Counted from the first letter of the stretch, positions 19,641 to 29,608 are shown. The stretch: 64,000 nucleotides of DNA from an uncultured Candidatus Saccharibacteria bacterium (GCA_964515375.1 CAZERF010000005.1:22482-86481); one strand, 5' to 3'. Numbers and translations: made by a program. The notes: generated by a model from the letters alone, not told the origin.

Positions 19641-20071
19641 TCCGAAACAACAGGCTTCCCGTCCTTAAAGGGAACCTTTCCGGTAACGACAACAGACTGA
19701 GACGAGGAGGAGAAATAGTCAAATCGTGAAAGATTTGAATCAAGCTCCAACATGCGTTGATCAAACACCTTTGCATTCTCTTCCGCTTGCTCAGGTGAAG
19801 GAGGAAGTGAACCAAAATCCTCTTCTGTTTCAGGTTGAGGCAAAAGGGGAAAAGGAAACTTTCTATTTCCCTGAAAATATACAAGCGTCATAACCGACAA
19901 AAGAACTAAAAAGGAGAACAGAAGGACATACTTGCAAACGCGACATTCCTTCATTTCGCCGATCTCGGAGTGCACATCCTGGGGTTCACTTACTCCCTCA
20001 CTAATGTTGTCTTTCATAGATTTTCTCATTATATCTCTGGGACCACACTTGAAGCAATGTTGTCTATCCAC
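19637..20071 (-). CDS. Small membrane protein with N-terminal Zn-ribbon-like CxxC...CxxC and one TM helix
   Basis: MDRQHCFKCG...ECRVCKYVLLFSFLVLLSVMTLVYF. Stop overlaps the start of the downstream giant gene (ATGA). Confidence 0.45.
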   Translation of the reverse strand: MDRQHCFKCGPRDIMRKSMKDNISEGVSEPQDVHSEIGEMKECRVCKYVLLFSFLVLLSVMTLVYFQGNRKFPFPLLPQPETEEDFGSLPPSPEQAEENAKVFDQRMLELDSNLSRFDYFSSSSQSVVVTGKVPFKDGKPVVSE

Positions 20072-20123
20072 AAAATGGCGAATGCGTCACGAATGAGCAG
20101 GTAGGGGGATCTTGTATCTCAGA

Positions 20124-20133
20124 ATTATAAGCA
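20124..20133 (-). promoter_or_regulatory. Extended -10 promoter TGcTTATAAT for the Zn-ribbon/giant-protein operon
   Basis: Minus strand: ttttttgTGCTTATAATtc. Nearly identical to the element at 38265-38273. Confidence 0.45.
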
Positions 20134-20182
20134 CAAAAAAGTAGTATCAGAAAGGCGGCAAACCCGAGGTTGGCCCGGTATC

Positions 20183-20300
20183 CATTTGAGTGTGCTCGTT
20201 CTGTGGAGCCGGCAGTCAGGCTTGAACTGACGACCTACGGTTTACAAAACCGTTGCTCTACCAACTGAGCTATGCCGGCATTACGCGAGCACACTCAAAT
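20183..20300. repeat. Perfect 16-bp inverted repeat (catttgagtgtgctcg / cgagcacactcaaatg) bracketing tRNA-Thr
   Basis: Arms at 20183-20198 and 20285-20300. The spacer contains the complete tRNA. Confidence 0.8.
20204..20280 (-). tRNA. tRNA-Thr (anticodon UGU), CCA encoded
   Basis: GCCGGCAUAGCUCAGUUGGUAGAGCAACGGUUUUGUAAACCGUAGGUCGUCAGUUCAAGCCUGACUGCCGGCUCCA folds as a cloverleaf: 7-bp acceptor stem, GCUC/GAGC D-stem, ACGGU/ACCGU anticodon stem, loop UUUGUAA, T-arm GUCAG-UUCAAGC-CUGAC. Confidence 0.9.
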
Positions 20301-20310
20301 GAATCCAACC

Positions 20311-20348
20311 TTACAAAACCGTTGCTCTACCAACTGAGCCATGCCGGC
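20311..20348 (-). pseudogene. Truncated copy of the tRNA-Thr 5' half (38 nt, 1 mismatch)
   Basis: GCCGGCAUGGCUCAGUUGGUAGAGCAACGGUUUUGUAA then diverges. No anticodon-stem 3' strand or T-arm. Confidence 0.55.
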
Positions 20349-20506
20349 ATTTATGAACCCATGACAAAATATCCAATCTCTCAAAAAAAACAACTACTCT
20401 GCAAATGCCCCGACTAACTTACAAGAGCATACCAAATAGTTCAAACCTTGCAACAAGACCACTCCGTAATACCGGAAATAAGCACAGTTGCAAAATAACT
20501 TGTTGC

Positions 20507-20896
20507 TCAGACCCCTCCGTCAGTGCGTCCTCGCGAGCGCATGCGGCGACGCAACAATTCCTGATGTTCGGCGATATGCTTCAAAAAGAAAGAGGATGCG
20601 CTGCGGCGATCAATGGTGATCCTTCCGAACACATGAGCAGAGAGACGTTCGCGCATCACACGGAAGACATGAAGAACCCTCTGTACCGGGGGGCGCAGCG
20701 CGAGAAACATCCGCGCGACAATGTAAAGCAAGCGGTGGCCCAGATCATACATCTCTCCCGAAAAAAATTCGGTAAAACTTTGCGGGATCGCAGACGTATT
20801 TCCGCGCAACGTGCGACGACGCAAAAGGACTCCGAGCGCAAGCGAGAGCGCAAGAACACCAAATGATATGATCCAACTGAGCGAAAGTGCTGACAT
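20507..20896 (-). CDS. Hypothetical small membrane protein downstream of tsf
   Basis: 129-aa ORF with an N-terminal TM segment. Only its operon position supports it. Confidence 0.25.
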   Translation of the reverse strand: MSALSLSWIISFGVLALSLALGVLLRRRTLRGNTSAIPQSFTEFFSGEMYDLGHRLLYIVARMFLALRPPVQRVLHVFRVMRERLSAHVFGRITIDRRSASSFFLKHIAEHQELLRRRMRSRGRTDGGV

Positions 20897-20956
20897 GTCG
20901 TCGTTATCTATTATAGCAGCTCAGGCGTCGAAGTTCGAGCGCGTGAGAAGCTTGAA

Positions 20957-21556
20957 CTACTTACCCACCGCGAAGCGCGCAAAACGAATGATCTCGGTAT
21001 TCTCTCCAAACTTCTGCACCGCACGCTTCACTAGATCGCCCACGGTAATATCCGGATCCTTCACGAAAGGTTGTTCAAGCAACACCGATTCCGCAAAATA
21101 CGCGGCGATCTTTCCTTCAAGTGCCTTCTTCTTGATCTCCTCGGGCTTTCCCGCCATGGTCTTCTCTACTTCCTCTTCAAAGAAGGAAGCAGCCTTTGCG
21201 CGATCTTCTTCCGTGATGTCATTCTGCGTACGATACTTGGGATTAAGCGCAACAACATGCATCGCGATCTCATAGGCAAGATGCTTGAATTCCTCGTTCT
21301 TTGCCACAAAATCAGTCTCACACGCAAGCTCCACGATAGCACCGACGGAGTTGTTGCCGTGAATATAGGACGCGACGACTCCCGAGCCAAGAGCACGGTC
21401 ACCCTTCTTTGCGGCGATCTCTCCGCTCTTCTTGCGCAACATCATGCGAGCCTTCTCCATGTCGCCTCCCGCCTCTTCGAGAGCCTTCTTGCATTGCATG
21501 ACCGAAACACCGGTCTCGTCACGAAGCTCCTTGATCGCATCCATGCTGATTTCCAT
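20957..21556 (-). CDS. tsf: Elongation factor Ts
   Basis: MEISMDAIKELRDETGVSVMQCKKALEEAGGDMEKA UBA-like N-terminus. Short (about 200 aa) form. Confidence 0.9.
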   Translation of the reverse strand: MEISMDAIKELRDETGVSVMQCKKALEEAGGDMEKARMMLRKKSGEIAAKKGDRALGSGVVASYIHGNNSVGAIVELACETDFVAKNEEFKHLAYEIAMHVVALNPKYRTQNDITEEDRAKAASFFEEEVEKTMAGKPEEIKKKALEGKIAAYFAESVLLEQPFVKDPDITVGDLVKRAVQKFGENTEIIRFARFAVGK

Positions 21557-21631
21557 ATGATTGAGAAAAGATAAGAACGAGTAAGACAAACGAAAACACC
21601 CTGAGGAAGGTAGGCCTTCCGTAGACGAGCA

Positions 21632-22342
21632 CTACGCGCGCGCGCGAACGCCCTCCTGATAGCTCTCCTTGAGCTCTTCGAGGAAATAGGCCACACTCTT
21701 CAATGCCGAATCATTGGCAAGGATCGGATGAGTGATCTCGTCCTTGTTGCAGTCGGAGTTGAGGATCGCAAAGGTTTCAACACGCATCTTCTTTGCTTCA
21801 GTGACGGCAATGTGTTCCGCGCGAGGATCAACGATCACGATCGCCCCGGGAATCCCCTCGAGGCTCGAGACTCCACCGAACTCGGCATGGAGTTTCGCCA
21901 TCTCACGCTCAAAGAGCAAGCGCTCTTTCTTGGTGTACTTTCCGAGATCTCCCTTTGCGAATTTGTCCGAGAGGTCCTTGAGGCGCGCAATGCGCTTCTT
22001 GATCTCATTCCAATTGGTGAGCATTCCACCGACCCACCGTTCATTGACGTACGGTGCGTTCATTGAATGAGCGACCGACTCCACTGTGCCGCGCACTTCA
22101 TCCTTGGTTCCGACAAAGAGGACAACCTTCCCCAACTTACCAAGCTCGACCATGCGCGCCTTTGCGGCGACAAGCATGCGCTGTGTCTCCTCGAGATTGA
22201 TGATATCGGCGCCATTCTTTGCGCCATAGAGATACCCCTTGACCGACGAGTGTCGGCGGGCGCGCGAGTATCCAAAGTGGGCGCCCACTTTGAACATTTC
22301 CTCGATCTGTGCGGTGTCTACGTGATTTTTTTCTTCAGTCAT
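21632..22342 (-). CDS. rpsB: 30S ribosomal protein S2
   Basis: MLVAAKARMVELGKLGKVVLFVGTK..., VIVDPRAEHIAVTEAKK. Conserved rpsB-tsf pair. Confidence 0.95.
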   Translation of the reverse strand: MTEEKNHVDTAQIEEMFKVGAHFGYSRARRHSSVKGYLYGAKNGADIINLEETQRMLVAAKARMVELGKLGKVVLFVGTKDEVRGTVESVAHSMNAPYVNERWVGGMLTNWNEIKKRIARLKDLSDKFAKGDLGKYTKKERLLFEREMAKLHAEFGGVSSLEGIPGAIVIVDPRAEHIAVTEAKKMRVETFAILNSDCNKDEITHPILANDSALKSVAYFLEELKESYQEGVRARA

Positions 22343-22425
22343 ACTAATTTTTATGATTTCGAGAGTCTAACAAAAAGAGAGGAGATTGGCAAGGCAGACG
22401 CGATGTATGCTCGTAATTTGACACC

Positions 22426-23445
22426 TTATTCGTCCTCAGGATCACCCTCTGCGGAAAACTCCCCTTCGCGCGCGCGATCAGTCAACGTGTCGACGATTTC
22501 GTCAATTCCCCCTTGAAATATTCCTTCAATATTGTGCCATGACTCGCGAATACGGTGATCGGTCACACGATCTTGGAGGGTGTTGTAAGTACGGATCTTT
22601 GCGGAACGATCAGCATTTCCGACACTACTCCGCAGGCTTTCGTTCTTTTTTGCTTCATCTTCTTCTTTCATCTGCTCGAGCTTGGCAACAAGAATACTCA
22701 TCGCCTTCTCTCGATTCTTCAACTGCGAGCGCTCAACAGAGCAATGCACATGAATCCCCGTCGGCTTGTGAACCAAGTGCACCGCGGTCTCCACTTTGTT
22801 CACATTCTGTCCACCCGCACCACCGGAGCGTGTAAAGGTCATTTCAAGATCCGCGGGATTGATGACGACCGAAGCTCGGGTGCGGATCGGCAAAACAAGG
22901 ACTGCGGCGGTTGAGGTATGAATACGCCCGGACTTTTCTGTCGCGGGAATGCGTTGAATACGATGCACTCCCGTTTCGTAACGCAACGCATCGTACACAC
23001 CCTGCCCTTCGATCTCAAATGTCGCTTCCTTGTATCCACCCAACTCACTCTCCGAGTCGTCGACAGAACGAAAACGCCAACCTTTTTTTGTGGCATACCG
23101 CTCGTACATGAGCGCAAGATCCTGCGCAAAGATCGCCGCCTCTTCGCCACCCACGCCGGCACGAACCTCAAGCACGACCTCCTTTGGTTTCTCCTCTTCA
23201 ACCTTCGCTTCCTCCGCGACCTGCTCCATCTTTAACAAAAGATCACTCATGGTCGTTACGAGTGACGCACGCTCCCCTTCGGCGAGTGCGTCAATTTCCG
23301 GATCGACCCCCATCATCGCCTCAAGCTCCGCAAGTTGCACGGAAAGACGCTCGTATTCTTCAGCGAGATACTTGGTACGATAATTCTCTTTGTATGGAAT
23401 AAGATCGACGCTTGTCATGGTGTCCTGCAAACAAAAACCCGCCAA
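22426..23445 (-). CDS. prfA: Peptide chain release factor 1
   Basis: GGQ motif ([16 protein letters not shown]). RF1-type PAT tripeptide ([14 protein letters not shown]) rather than RF2 SPF. Confidence 0.85.
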   Translation of the reverse strand: MAGFCLQDTMTSVDLIPYKENYRTKYLAEEYERLSVQLAELEAMMGVDPEIDALAEGERASLVTTMSDLLLKMEQVAEEAKVEEEKPKEVVLEVRAGVGGEEAAIFAQDLALMYERYATKKGWRFRSVDDSESELGGYKEATFEIEGQGVYDALRYETGVHRIQRIPATEKSGRIHTSTAAVLVLPIRTRASVVINPADLEMTFTRSGGAGGQNVNKVETAVHLVHKPTGIHVHCSVERSQLKNREKAMSILVAKLEQMKEEDEAKKNESLRSSVGNADRSAKIRTYNTLQDRVTDHRIRESWHNIEGIFQGGIDEIVDTLTDRAREGEFSAEGDPEDE

Positions 23446-23475
23446 ACAAGAAGCGGGTCGTTGTATCCTAAAGGG

Positions 23476-23694
23476 TTACTTCTTCTTCGCAGCCGCCGTG
23501 CGTGCCTTGAATTTCTCAATGCGTCCCGCCGTGTCGGCGATCTTCTCCGTTCCGGTGAAGAGCGGGTGACACTGCGAACAGATCTCAACCTCGATCTTCT
23601 CCATGGTCGATCCGACCGTAAACTCGGCGCCGCACGCGCAGGTGACCGCCGCGGACGTGAAATAGGTAGGGTGTGTTTCAGTCTTCATAGGCAC
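23476..23694 (-). CDS. rpmE: 50S ribosomal protein L31
   Basis: MKTETHPTYFTSAAVTCACG...CSQCHPLFTG. Confidence 0.9.
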   Translation of the reverse strand: MPMKTETHPTYFTSAAVTCACGAEFTVGSTMEKIEVEICSQCHPLFTGTEKIADTAGRIEKFKARTAAAKKK

Positions 23695-23739
23695 ACACTC
23701 TAGCAGAAAGAGCTTAAATTGACAAGAAGCGCGAGGTAC

Positions 23740-24918
23740 TCATGCCGCCTCGCGCCATCCGTCTCCGAGAAGATTCTCTTCAATATCATGTCGAATACAA
23801 GCGAGCGCGTGACGAACAAAACGAAGATCGTCCCGATCGGAAGAAGTGAACTCCTCTCGATCAAGAACAGAATGAAGCTCATCATCCACCCAAAGATACG
23901 CCGCTTCAGGGTCAATGCGCCCCATTTGTGCCTCCTCCATAATGATCCGCAAGACTCGCGGCATGGAAAATCCCTTTTTGTACGAACGACAAGCGGAGAG
24001 CGCTTGCTCAATATCCGCAATATGGAGCAGCTCCGCAACATCAACGCTCGAATGAAGTGCGCCAAGTGCGATCGGGTAGTGTGTTCCTTCTTTGTGGTAA
24101 TTGTGGTGTGCTCCGGCAAGCTCGCTCTCCACGCGCAGTCCTTCTGACTCGAGGATCTGACGAGAATGGAGTTCGTGCTCCTTGATGATATCCATCAGGG
24201 ATAAGTCTCCGCTGAATCCGCGCGTCTCAAGCTCTATTAGCTCTTCGGAAGAAAGAACGAGTCGCGACGGGACAAAGTGAACCGCCCGCAAATGATGCTC
24301 GCGAAGATACTCACTGATGGCACTAGATTCCTCGGGAAGAGGAGCACCCCCCGCTCGTTCAACTCGCGTGACGACATGAGAGTCCTGTTCTTCGAAAAGA
24401 AGATCACGCAGATAGAGATCCATGGCGGAATCGTTCATTGGGTGATCGATAACAAAGCGAGGGATCTCAACCTTGCCAATATCATGAAGCAAGCACGCGC
24501 GAAAGAACTCCTCAGGAGAGACAAGCTCACGGGCAAAAAGTTCCTCAAGGATGATCCCGGAAGAAAGGCGCTTCGTCACCTTCTCCCGTGCAATACGAAA
24601 TGTTTCGACACAATGTGAAGCGGTCCCGGGATCGTAGAGATCGAGGATCGTAAGCATCTCCATATCGCGCTCGGTCAACTCTCCCATTTCGGAAAGTTCA
24701 TCGTGATACCGCTTCATCACCCGCGCGACCTCATCAGAAAGAAGCCCTTCCATTTGAAGTTCATGATGAATAGATCGGAAATTACCCTTCCTTGCGATAG
24801 CACGAGCGCGCTCATCACCCTCCATTTCAATATGCGAGTATGCACCGTTATGTTCAAGACTTTGCGCTTCGTGCGGGGATATCATGATAGGTTCGACGAG
24901 TGAGGAATTGGCTTGCAA
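23740..24918 (-). CDS. HD-domain phosphohydrolase, HD-GYP-like (possibly degenerate)
   Basis: LLHDIGK...; AGAHHNYHKEGTHYP resembles HHExxDGxGYP. Confidence 0.55.
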   Translation of the reverse strand: MQANSSLVEPIMISPHEAQSLEHNGAYSHIEMEGDERARAIARKGNFRSIHHELQMEGLLSDEVARVMKRYHDELSEMGELTERDMEMLTILDLYDPGTASHCVETFRIAREKVTKRLSSGIILEELFARELVSPEEFFRACLLHDIGKVEIPRFVIDHPMNDSAMDLYLRDLLFEEQDSHVVTRVERAGGAPLPEESSAISEYLREHHLRAVHFVPSRLVLSSEELIELETRGFSGDLSLMDIIKEHELHSRQILESEGLRVESELAGAHHNYHKEGTHYPIALGALHSSVDVAELLHIADIEQALSACRSYKKGFSMPRVLRIIMEEAQMGRIDPEAAYLWVDDELHSVLDREEFTSSDRDDLRFVRHALACIRHDIEENLLGDGWREAA

Positions 24919-24924
24919 AAATAA

Positions 24925-24975
24925 AGAAAAGGGCCAAGGCCCTCCTCACCTATACCCTCATTATACCACAAAATG
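24925..24975 (-). terminator. Terminator after the lytic transglycosylase gene
   Basis: Minus strand gaGGGCCttGGCCCttttctttattttt. Confidence 0.4.
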
Positions 24976-25019
24976 AGTCACTTTGTCTTGAGTTATACAC
25001 AACCAAAAAAAGCATGCTC

Positions 25020-26402
25020 TTAGGTGTTTTGAAGAGGATCGATCATTGTCGTCTGAATAACCTCCGCCTTTTGCATGACCTGTGTACCATACGTTGCGGC
25101 CCAACTCGACTGACTACAACGACTTCCGGAGAAATAACGACACGCCGCGTCGCGTTCGGCGCTATAGGAGTTTGGCTTCGCACCAAGATCGGTCAAATAG
25201 AACGCTGCAGCCATAAAGGCGTCACGAGGATTCCACGGATCGGCATATGAAGTACCAAGCGCTGAAGTGATACGCTTCGTGAAGAGTACCCACGTTGAGG
25301 GAATGAACTGGGCGGGTCCCATCGCCCCTCCCCAACCAATCTCCTGAGGACATGACACGCGCGTCTTGAAGGGGTCGCGCCCGAGTGCTTCCGTGATCTG
25401 GAGGAAAGGCTCCACATCGCGACCCGGTTTCATGACCCGATCAAAAGCACGACCGGTATTCATACCTACTCCGGCACCGGTCTTTGTATTACGCAAATAA
25501 CACGAACCGACATTCTTTCCAAAACTCGACTCCTGCTGGAACACCGCGAGAAGGAAGGCGGGGCGAATTCCGGTACGTGCAGAAACCACATTCGCGTAAT
25601 CAAGCGCTTGTCCGAACGGAATACCGCCCGAGTCGGAGTCACGGAGTGCAAAGAGCGCGGCACGGATCTCGGCGGCACGCTTTTGCCGATCGGCAAGAAC
25701 ACTCTGATATTCCTTGGTCTTGTTGTTGGTGATCGCGAGTAACTTCTTTTTCTCCGCCTGATTAGACTGAACGAGTTGCTTGTTGCGCTCGAGTTCTGCC
25801 TTGGCGTCGATCTGGGCACGCTGACGTTCTTCCAATTCTTCCTGTGCCGCTTCCGTTTCAGCGCGCGCATTCCTCAAGGCATCCGAGGAATCCTTGAGCG
25901 CGAGACGGAGCGCTTCGTAGGAATCAAGATCGGTAAAGAATTCCGAGATGGAAGAACCGGAAAGAATGCTTTCCGTTAAGGATGCTTGAGAAAGTTCGTT
26001 GGTCTTGCGGATCAGCTGCGCAAGAGAACGTCGCTCGTTCTCAAGACGCGTAGAGAGATCCTTTACTGTTTGAGACTTCTCGGAGATCGACGAAGAAAGG
26101 CGTGCGATCTCGAGATTCCTCGCTTTGATATTGAGATTTGCCTTGTCGATGTTGGCGTTGAGGAGCTTGATGTCCCGGTCAAGAGTGTTCTTTTGCCCTT
26201 TGAGACCCGTGATCGTGTTGTTGAGTCCGCTGATCTCAAGATTGATGGCATTAAGCTCTTGCTCAAGTGCGGCCTGACGATCCACCGTGCTTGCCGCAGT
26301 CTGCGCATACGCGTACTCAGGTAGAGAAAAGCATACCCCAAGCAGGAAGAGCGTCGTCATAAAGAAAAGGGCGGCGTTTTGCTGCACACGTTGCATACAC
26401 TT
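25020..26402 (-). CDS. Secreted coiled-coil protein with C-terminal lytic transglycosylase (MltB/SLT_2-like) domain
   Basis: Signal peptide, about 200 aa of heptad-rich coiled coil, then LLAVFQQESSFG...GAMGPAQFIPSTW. Confidence 0.6.
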   Translation of the reverse strand, partial: KCMQRVQQNAALFFMTTLFLLGVCFSLPEYAYAQTAASTVDRQAALEQELNAINLEISGLNNTITGLKGQKNTLDRDIKLLNANIDKANLNIKARNLEIARLSSSISEKSQTVKDLSTRLENERRSLAQLIRKTNELSQASLTESILSGSSISEFFTDLDSYEALRLALKDSSDALRNARAETEAAQEELEERQRAQIDAKAELERNKQLVQSNQAEKKKLLAITNNKTKEYQSVLADRQKRAAEIRAALFALRDSDSGGIPFGQALDYANVVSARTGIRPAFLLAVFQQESSFGKNVGSCYLRNTKTGAGVGMNTGRAFDRVMKPGRDVEPFLQITEALGRDPFKTRVSCPQEIGWGGAMGPAQFIPSTWVLFTKRITSALGTSYADPWNPRDAFMAAAFYLTDLGAKPNSYSAERDAACRYFSGSRCSQSSWAATYGTQVMQKAEVIQTTMIDPLQNT

Positions 26403-26462
26403 CATATAACGATTATACCCCGATTGCATGACACAATTCAACACGTTTTTCCCATTCTGCCA

Positions 26463-26492
26463 AAAAAACCGCGTAAAACGCGGTGTTTTTGG
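26463..26492. terminator. Bidirectional terminator downstream of rplY
   Basis: A7-accgcgt-aaa-acgcggt-T5. Confidence 0.6.
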
Positions 26493-26515
26493 CAGAACTG
26501 ATCGAGAGCGAGATG

Positions 26516-27147
26516 CTATGCCGTCTCTTCGTCCTCCTTCTTTCCCTTCTTTTCTACCTCAATAGAGGCAAGATCGGGTTCAGTCGTGACTGCTTCGGAC
26601 TCCTCGGACGGGCGAGAAACCACCGCCACCAACTCCGTCAAGGCAACATGAGTACTCACACCTTCACCGAGATCGAGGTCGGCAAGCGTGATCTGCGCAT
26701 CAAGCGTTGAGAGAGTTTCAAGATCAACGGTGATCTGAGCCGGGAGCTTCTCCGGGAGCGCGCTGATGCGCACTTCGTGAAGCACACGGACAACAATGCC
26801 GCCTTCCTTCTCGACCGGTGCGGTACCAACGAAGTGAAGCGGGACATCAACCTCAATTTTGTGGTCTTTCGCGGTGATGTAGAAGTCCACGTGGACCGGA
26901 TCACCGAGTACCGGGTCGAGCGCGACATCATGAATGAGCGCGTTGAAGGTCCCCTTCGGAGTCACTAATGAAAAGATCGTAGACTCCCCCGCTTGCTCCA
27001 AGAGCTTGATAAAAGGAAGCCGTTCGACGCTCACTGAGGTCGATTCCTGGCCCTGTCCATAGAACACCGCGGGAATCTTCCCCTGCTTGCGGATGATCTT
27101 TGGATTTACTTTCACGTCTCGCGTTTCCGCGTGTAGCGTTATCATAA
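26516..27147 (-). CDS. rplY: 50S ribosomal protein L25 / general stress protein Ctc
   Basis: MITLHAETRDVKV...IPAVFYGQGQE..., acidic C-terminal tail. Start taken at MITLHAE rather than the ORF start at 27316. Confidence 0.8.
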
Positions 27148-27209
27148 TCGCAAAAATTATCGTGTAATCCGTACACCCTACCACGCCCCGGCGAATATGC
27201 GCAAGTATA

Positions 27210-28415
27210 TTAGCGCGCGGCGGACTGCAACCGGGCGATCTCCCGCTCAAGTTCTGCGATGAGCGCGACGATCTGTTCCATGATCTTTGCAATAAGTGCG
27301 CGACGTTCGGTCTCATTCAAGGAAGAAGAGGTCGAGGGTGTCGGTGTCGCCGGGACGGAGGGCGCGACCACCTCTCCGGAGAAACGTATCTCTGCGGAAG
27401 ATGACACCGAACCCCGAGCGCCTGTGCAAGAAATACCGAACGTCATGTCTTTGGTGATCTGAGGGAAAAAGTGCGTTCCGGAAAGCGCGAGTGTTCCTTC
27501 CCAATCTCCGGTCGCACTGCACTGATCGACATTCGCGCTTGTCCATTCGATCGTAACTCCTTCACCTGTTCCAAGTACATCCTTCGGTGAAGTTATGCTC
27601 ACACGCGGACGCGCCGCGACCGGAATAGTCGGCTCACCAACATTCCCCGCCGCGTAGAGCGCAACGATCTCGTCACCGGAAAGTGTGCGGCCATAGATAC
27701 GGAGGTCGTCGATATATCCGTTCCAAGAACCTGACCGAGGAGAGGCATCGGAGAAGCCAATGCGGTACATCAACTCATGGTTTGTGAGATTCGGAAACCA
27801 TCGTCCGATATTGTCTCCGGCAATATCAAGCGCGATCCCATTCACGTACATACGATAACCGACGCCGTTTGCCGTAAAGACGAGGTGCACCCACTCATTG
27901 CGCGGGATGAGATACACTCCTTGCGCCTTGCGATCGTTCCCGTCCGTGCGGTCGCGAAACTGGAGATACGGACGTCCGTCGTTGTCGACCGCCAAAAGCA
28001 TATACACACTGCGATCTGACGTTGACCGGGCGGAGAACAAGATATTTCGCTCTGAGAGTTCGTTCATCTTGAGCCAGACCGCAAGCGTCCCTTCTCCACC
28101 AAGGAGAAATTCATTAGGAAGCGCGACCCCCTGCTCACCGACTCCGTCCATTGCAAGCGCTGTTCCGATCTTGCCGGACGCCCAGCCAAAATCGGTCGAA
28201 GATCCCATGAACGCTCCGTTCGCACCGCCCATATCTCCGGCCGAACGTCCTCCTCCTTCGTCGAACTTAAAGTGATGGGTCGGACCCTCTGTTTCCGCAA
28301 ATGCGATCGCTCCGAAGGAGAGCATGACCACACTCAAGACGGCAACACCGACCGCTGAAATACGTTTGTTTTGCATGATGTTCATAGTGAACGAATAATG
28401 ATTCATAAATTTCAC
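27210..28415 (-). CDS. Secreted concanavalin-A-like / LamG-type lectin-fold protein
   Basis: Signal peptide; LRIYGRTLSGDEIVALYAAGN jelly-roll signature; C-terminal coiled coil. Confidence 0.5.
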   Translation of the reverse strand: MKFMNHYSFTMNIMQNKRISAVGVAVLSVVMLSFGAIAFAETEGPTHHFKFDEGGGRSAGDMGGANGAFMGSSTDFGWASGKIGTALAMDGVGEQGVALPNEFLLGGEGTLAVWLKMNELSERNILFSARSTSDRSVYMLLAVDNDGRPYLQFRDRTDGNDRKAQGVYLIPRNEWVHLVFTANGVGYRMYVNGIALDIAGDNIGRWFPNLTNHELMYRIGFSDASPRSGSWNGYIDDLRIYGRTLSGDEIVALYAAGNVGEPTIPVAARPRVSITSPKDVLGTGEGVTIEWTSANVDQCSATGDWEGTLALSGTHFFPQITKDMTFGISCTGARGSVSSSAEIRFSGEVVAPSVPATPTPSTSSSLNETERRALIAKIMEQIVALIAELEREIARLQSAAR

Positions 28416-29455
28416 AGGTCCTGACTTTGTGAGACAAACTCATCCCCTAACGCATCTTCCGCAAGCATTCCTCCGCGCGCCGCGACCGCAACGGCGAGTT
28501 GTCGCGCAAAAAGTCGTTCGGCACCGGAACGATCGTCGGGATGAGCGGCAAAATAGCGGAGCACCGGATCTTGAAGCGCGCGAGAGAATGAGAACGTTAC
28601 ACCCCAAGGGAACGATCCCTGAAGCGCGATGGCATTCAGGTTGCGAAATGCCTGTACCGGTGTTTGTCCTCCGGAGAGGAAGACCACACCGCCCAACTCC
28701 GAAGGAACATGCGCGCGAAAGACACGTGCCGTCCGCGTTGCCACATCGGCGGGGTCGATCTCGTATCCGCTTTCCTTTCCCGGAAGGATCATGCCAGTCT
28801 TGAGGACGACGCCGGGCAAGTGAGCACGTGCGTCGCGCAACGCAGTAAAGAGTGCATCGTAAACCCGCGCCGTTACTTCCTCGCAACGCTCCGATGTGTG
28901 CGTGCCGTCAAAGAGGACCTCGGGTTCGACAATGGGGACAATGTCGGTATCCTGGGAGATGCGCGCGTAGCGAGCGAGCACAAATGCGTTCGCGTGAATA
29001 GCGTAATCAGTCGGAGTATGCTCACCGATCACAATGACCGCACGCCACTTTGCGAAACGAGCTCCCGCATCGCGGTATGCTGCCATGCGCTCGGGAAGTG
29101 TATCAAGTCCTTTTGAGATCTTCTCGTCGGGAAATCCGGGAAGATCAACAAGTCCTTCGTCGACCTTGATACCGGGAAGGATGCCTCGTTCAAGAACCGA
29201 CTGCACAAGAGACTTCCCTTCATCATTCGCTTGTTGGAATGTTTCGTCAAAAAAGATGACACCGGAGAGTGCCGACTCGGTTCCCGGGGTCTCGACAAGG
29301 ATGGTGCGATATTTGCGGCGGTTCTCTTCGGTCTCCGCAAGTCCGACCGCCTGAAAGCGCTTGTTCGCACTTGCGGTCGATTCGTCCGCGGCAAGAATAC
29401 CTCGGGATGGAGCGACGAGCTGTCGTGCTGTTGTTTCAAGTAATGTAGTGTTCAT
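28412..29455 (-). CDS. fba: Fructose-bisphosphate aldolase, class I (eukaryote-type)
   Basis: GILAADESTASANKRFQAVGLAETEENRRKYR aligns closely to the class I FBA active-site region. Confidence 0.9.
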   Translation of the reverse strand: MNTTLLETTARQLVAPSRGILAADESTASANKRFQAVGLAETEENRRKYRTILVETPGTESALSGVIFFDETFQQANDEGKSLVQSVLERGILPGIKVDEGLVDLPGFPDEKISKGLDTLPERMAAYRDAGARFAKWRAVIVIGEHTPTDYAIHANAFVLARYARISQDTDIVPIVEPEVLFDGTHTSERCEEVTARVYDALFTALRDARAHLPGVVLKTGMILPGKESGYEIDPADVATRTARVFRAHVPSELGGVVFLSGGQTPVQAFRNLNAIALQGSFPWGVTFSFSRALQDPVLRYFAAHPDDRSGAERLFARQLAVAVAARGGMLAEDALGDEFVSQSQDL

Positions 29456-29608
29456 GCGTCATCGGTTACGTCCGGCTAATATGTCCGTCCATTATAACAC
29501 AGAAGCAACGGTGTCGAAGGGACGGGAAAAAGAGACATTATCAACACAAAAAACGAGCGACACTTCACCTCCATGGTATACTGGACGGAAATTAGATAAT
29601 ACCAGCAC

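Noticed and set aside
21590-21631. rpsB-tsf intergenic hairpin (ggaagg-ccta-ccttcc + T-rich) as an attenuator.
   Set aside because: The stem is only 6 bp and the T-tract is separated by 8 nt. It is plausible but too weak to call.
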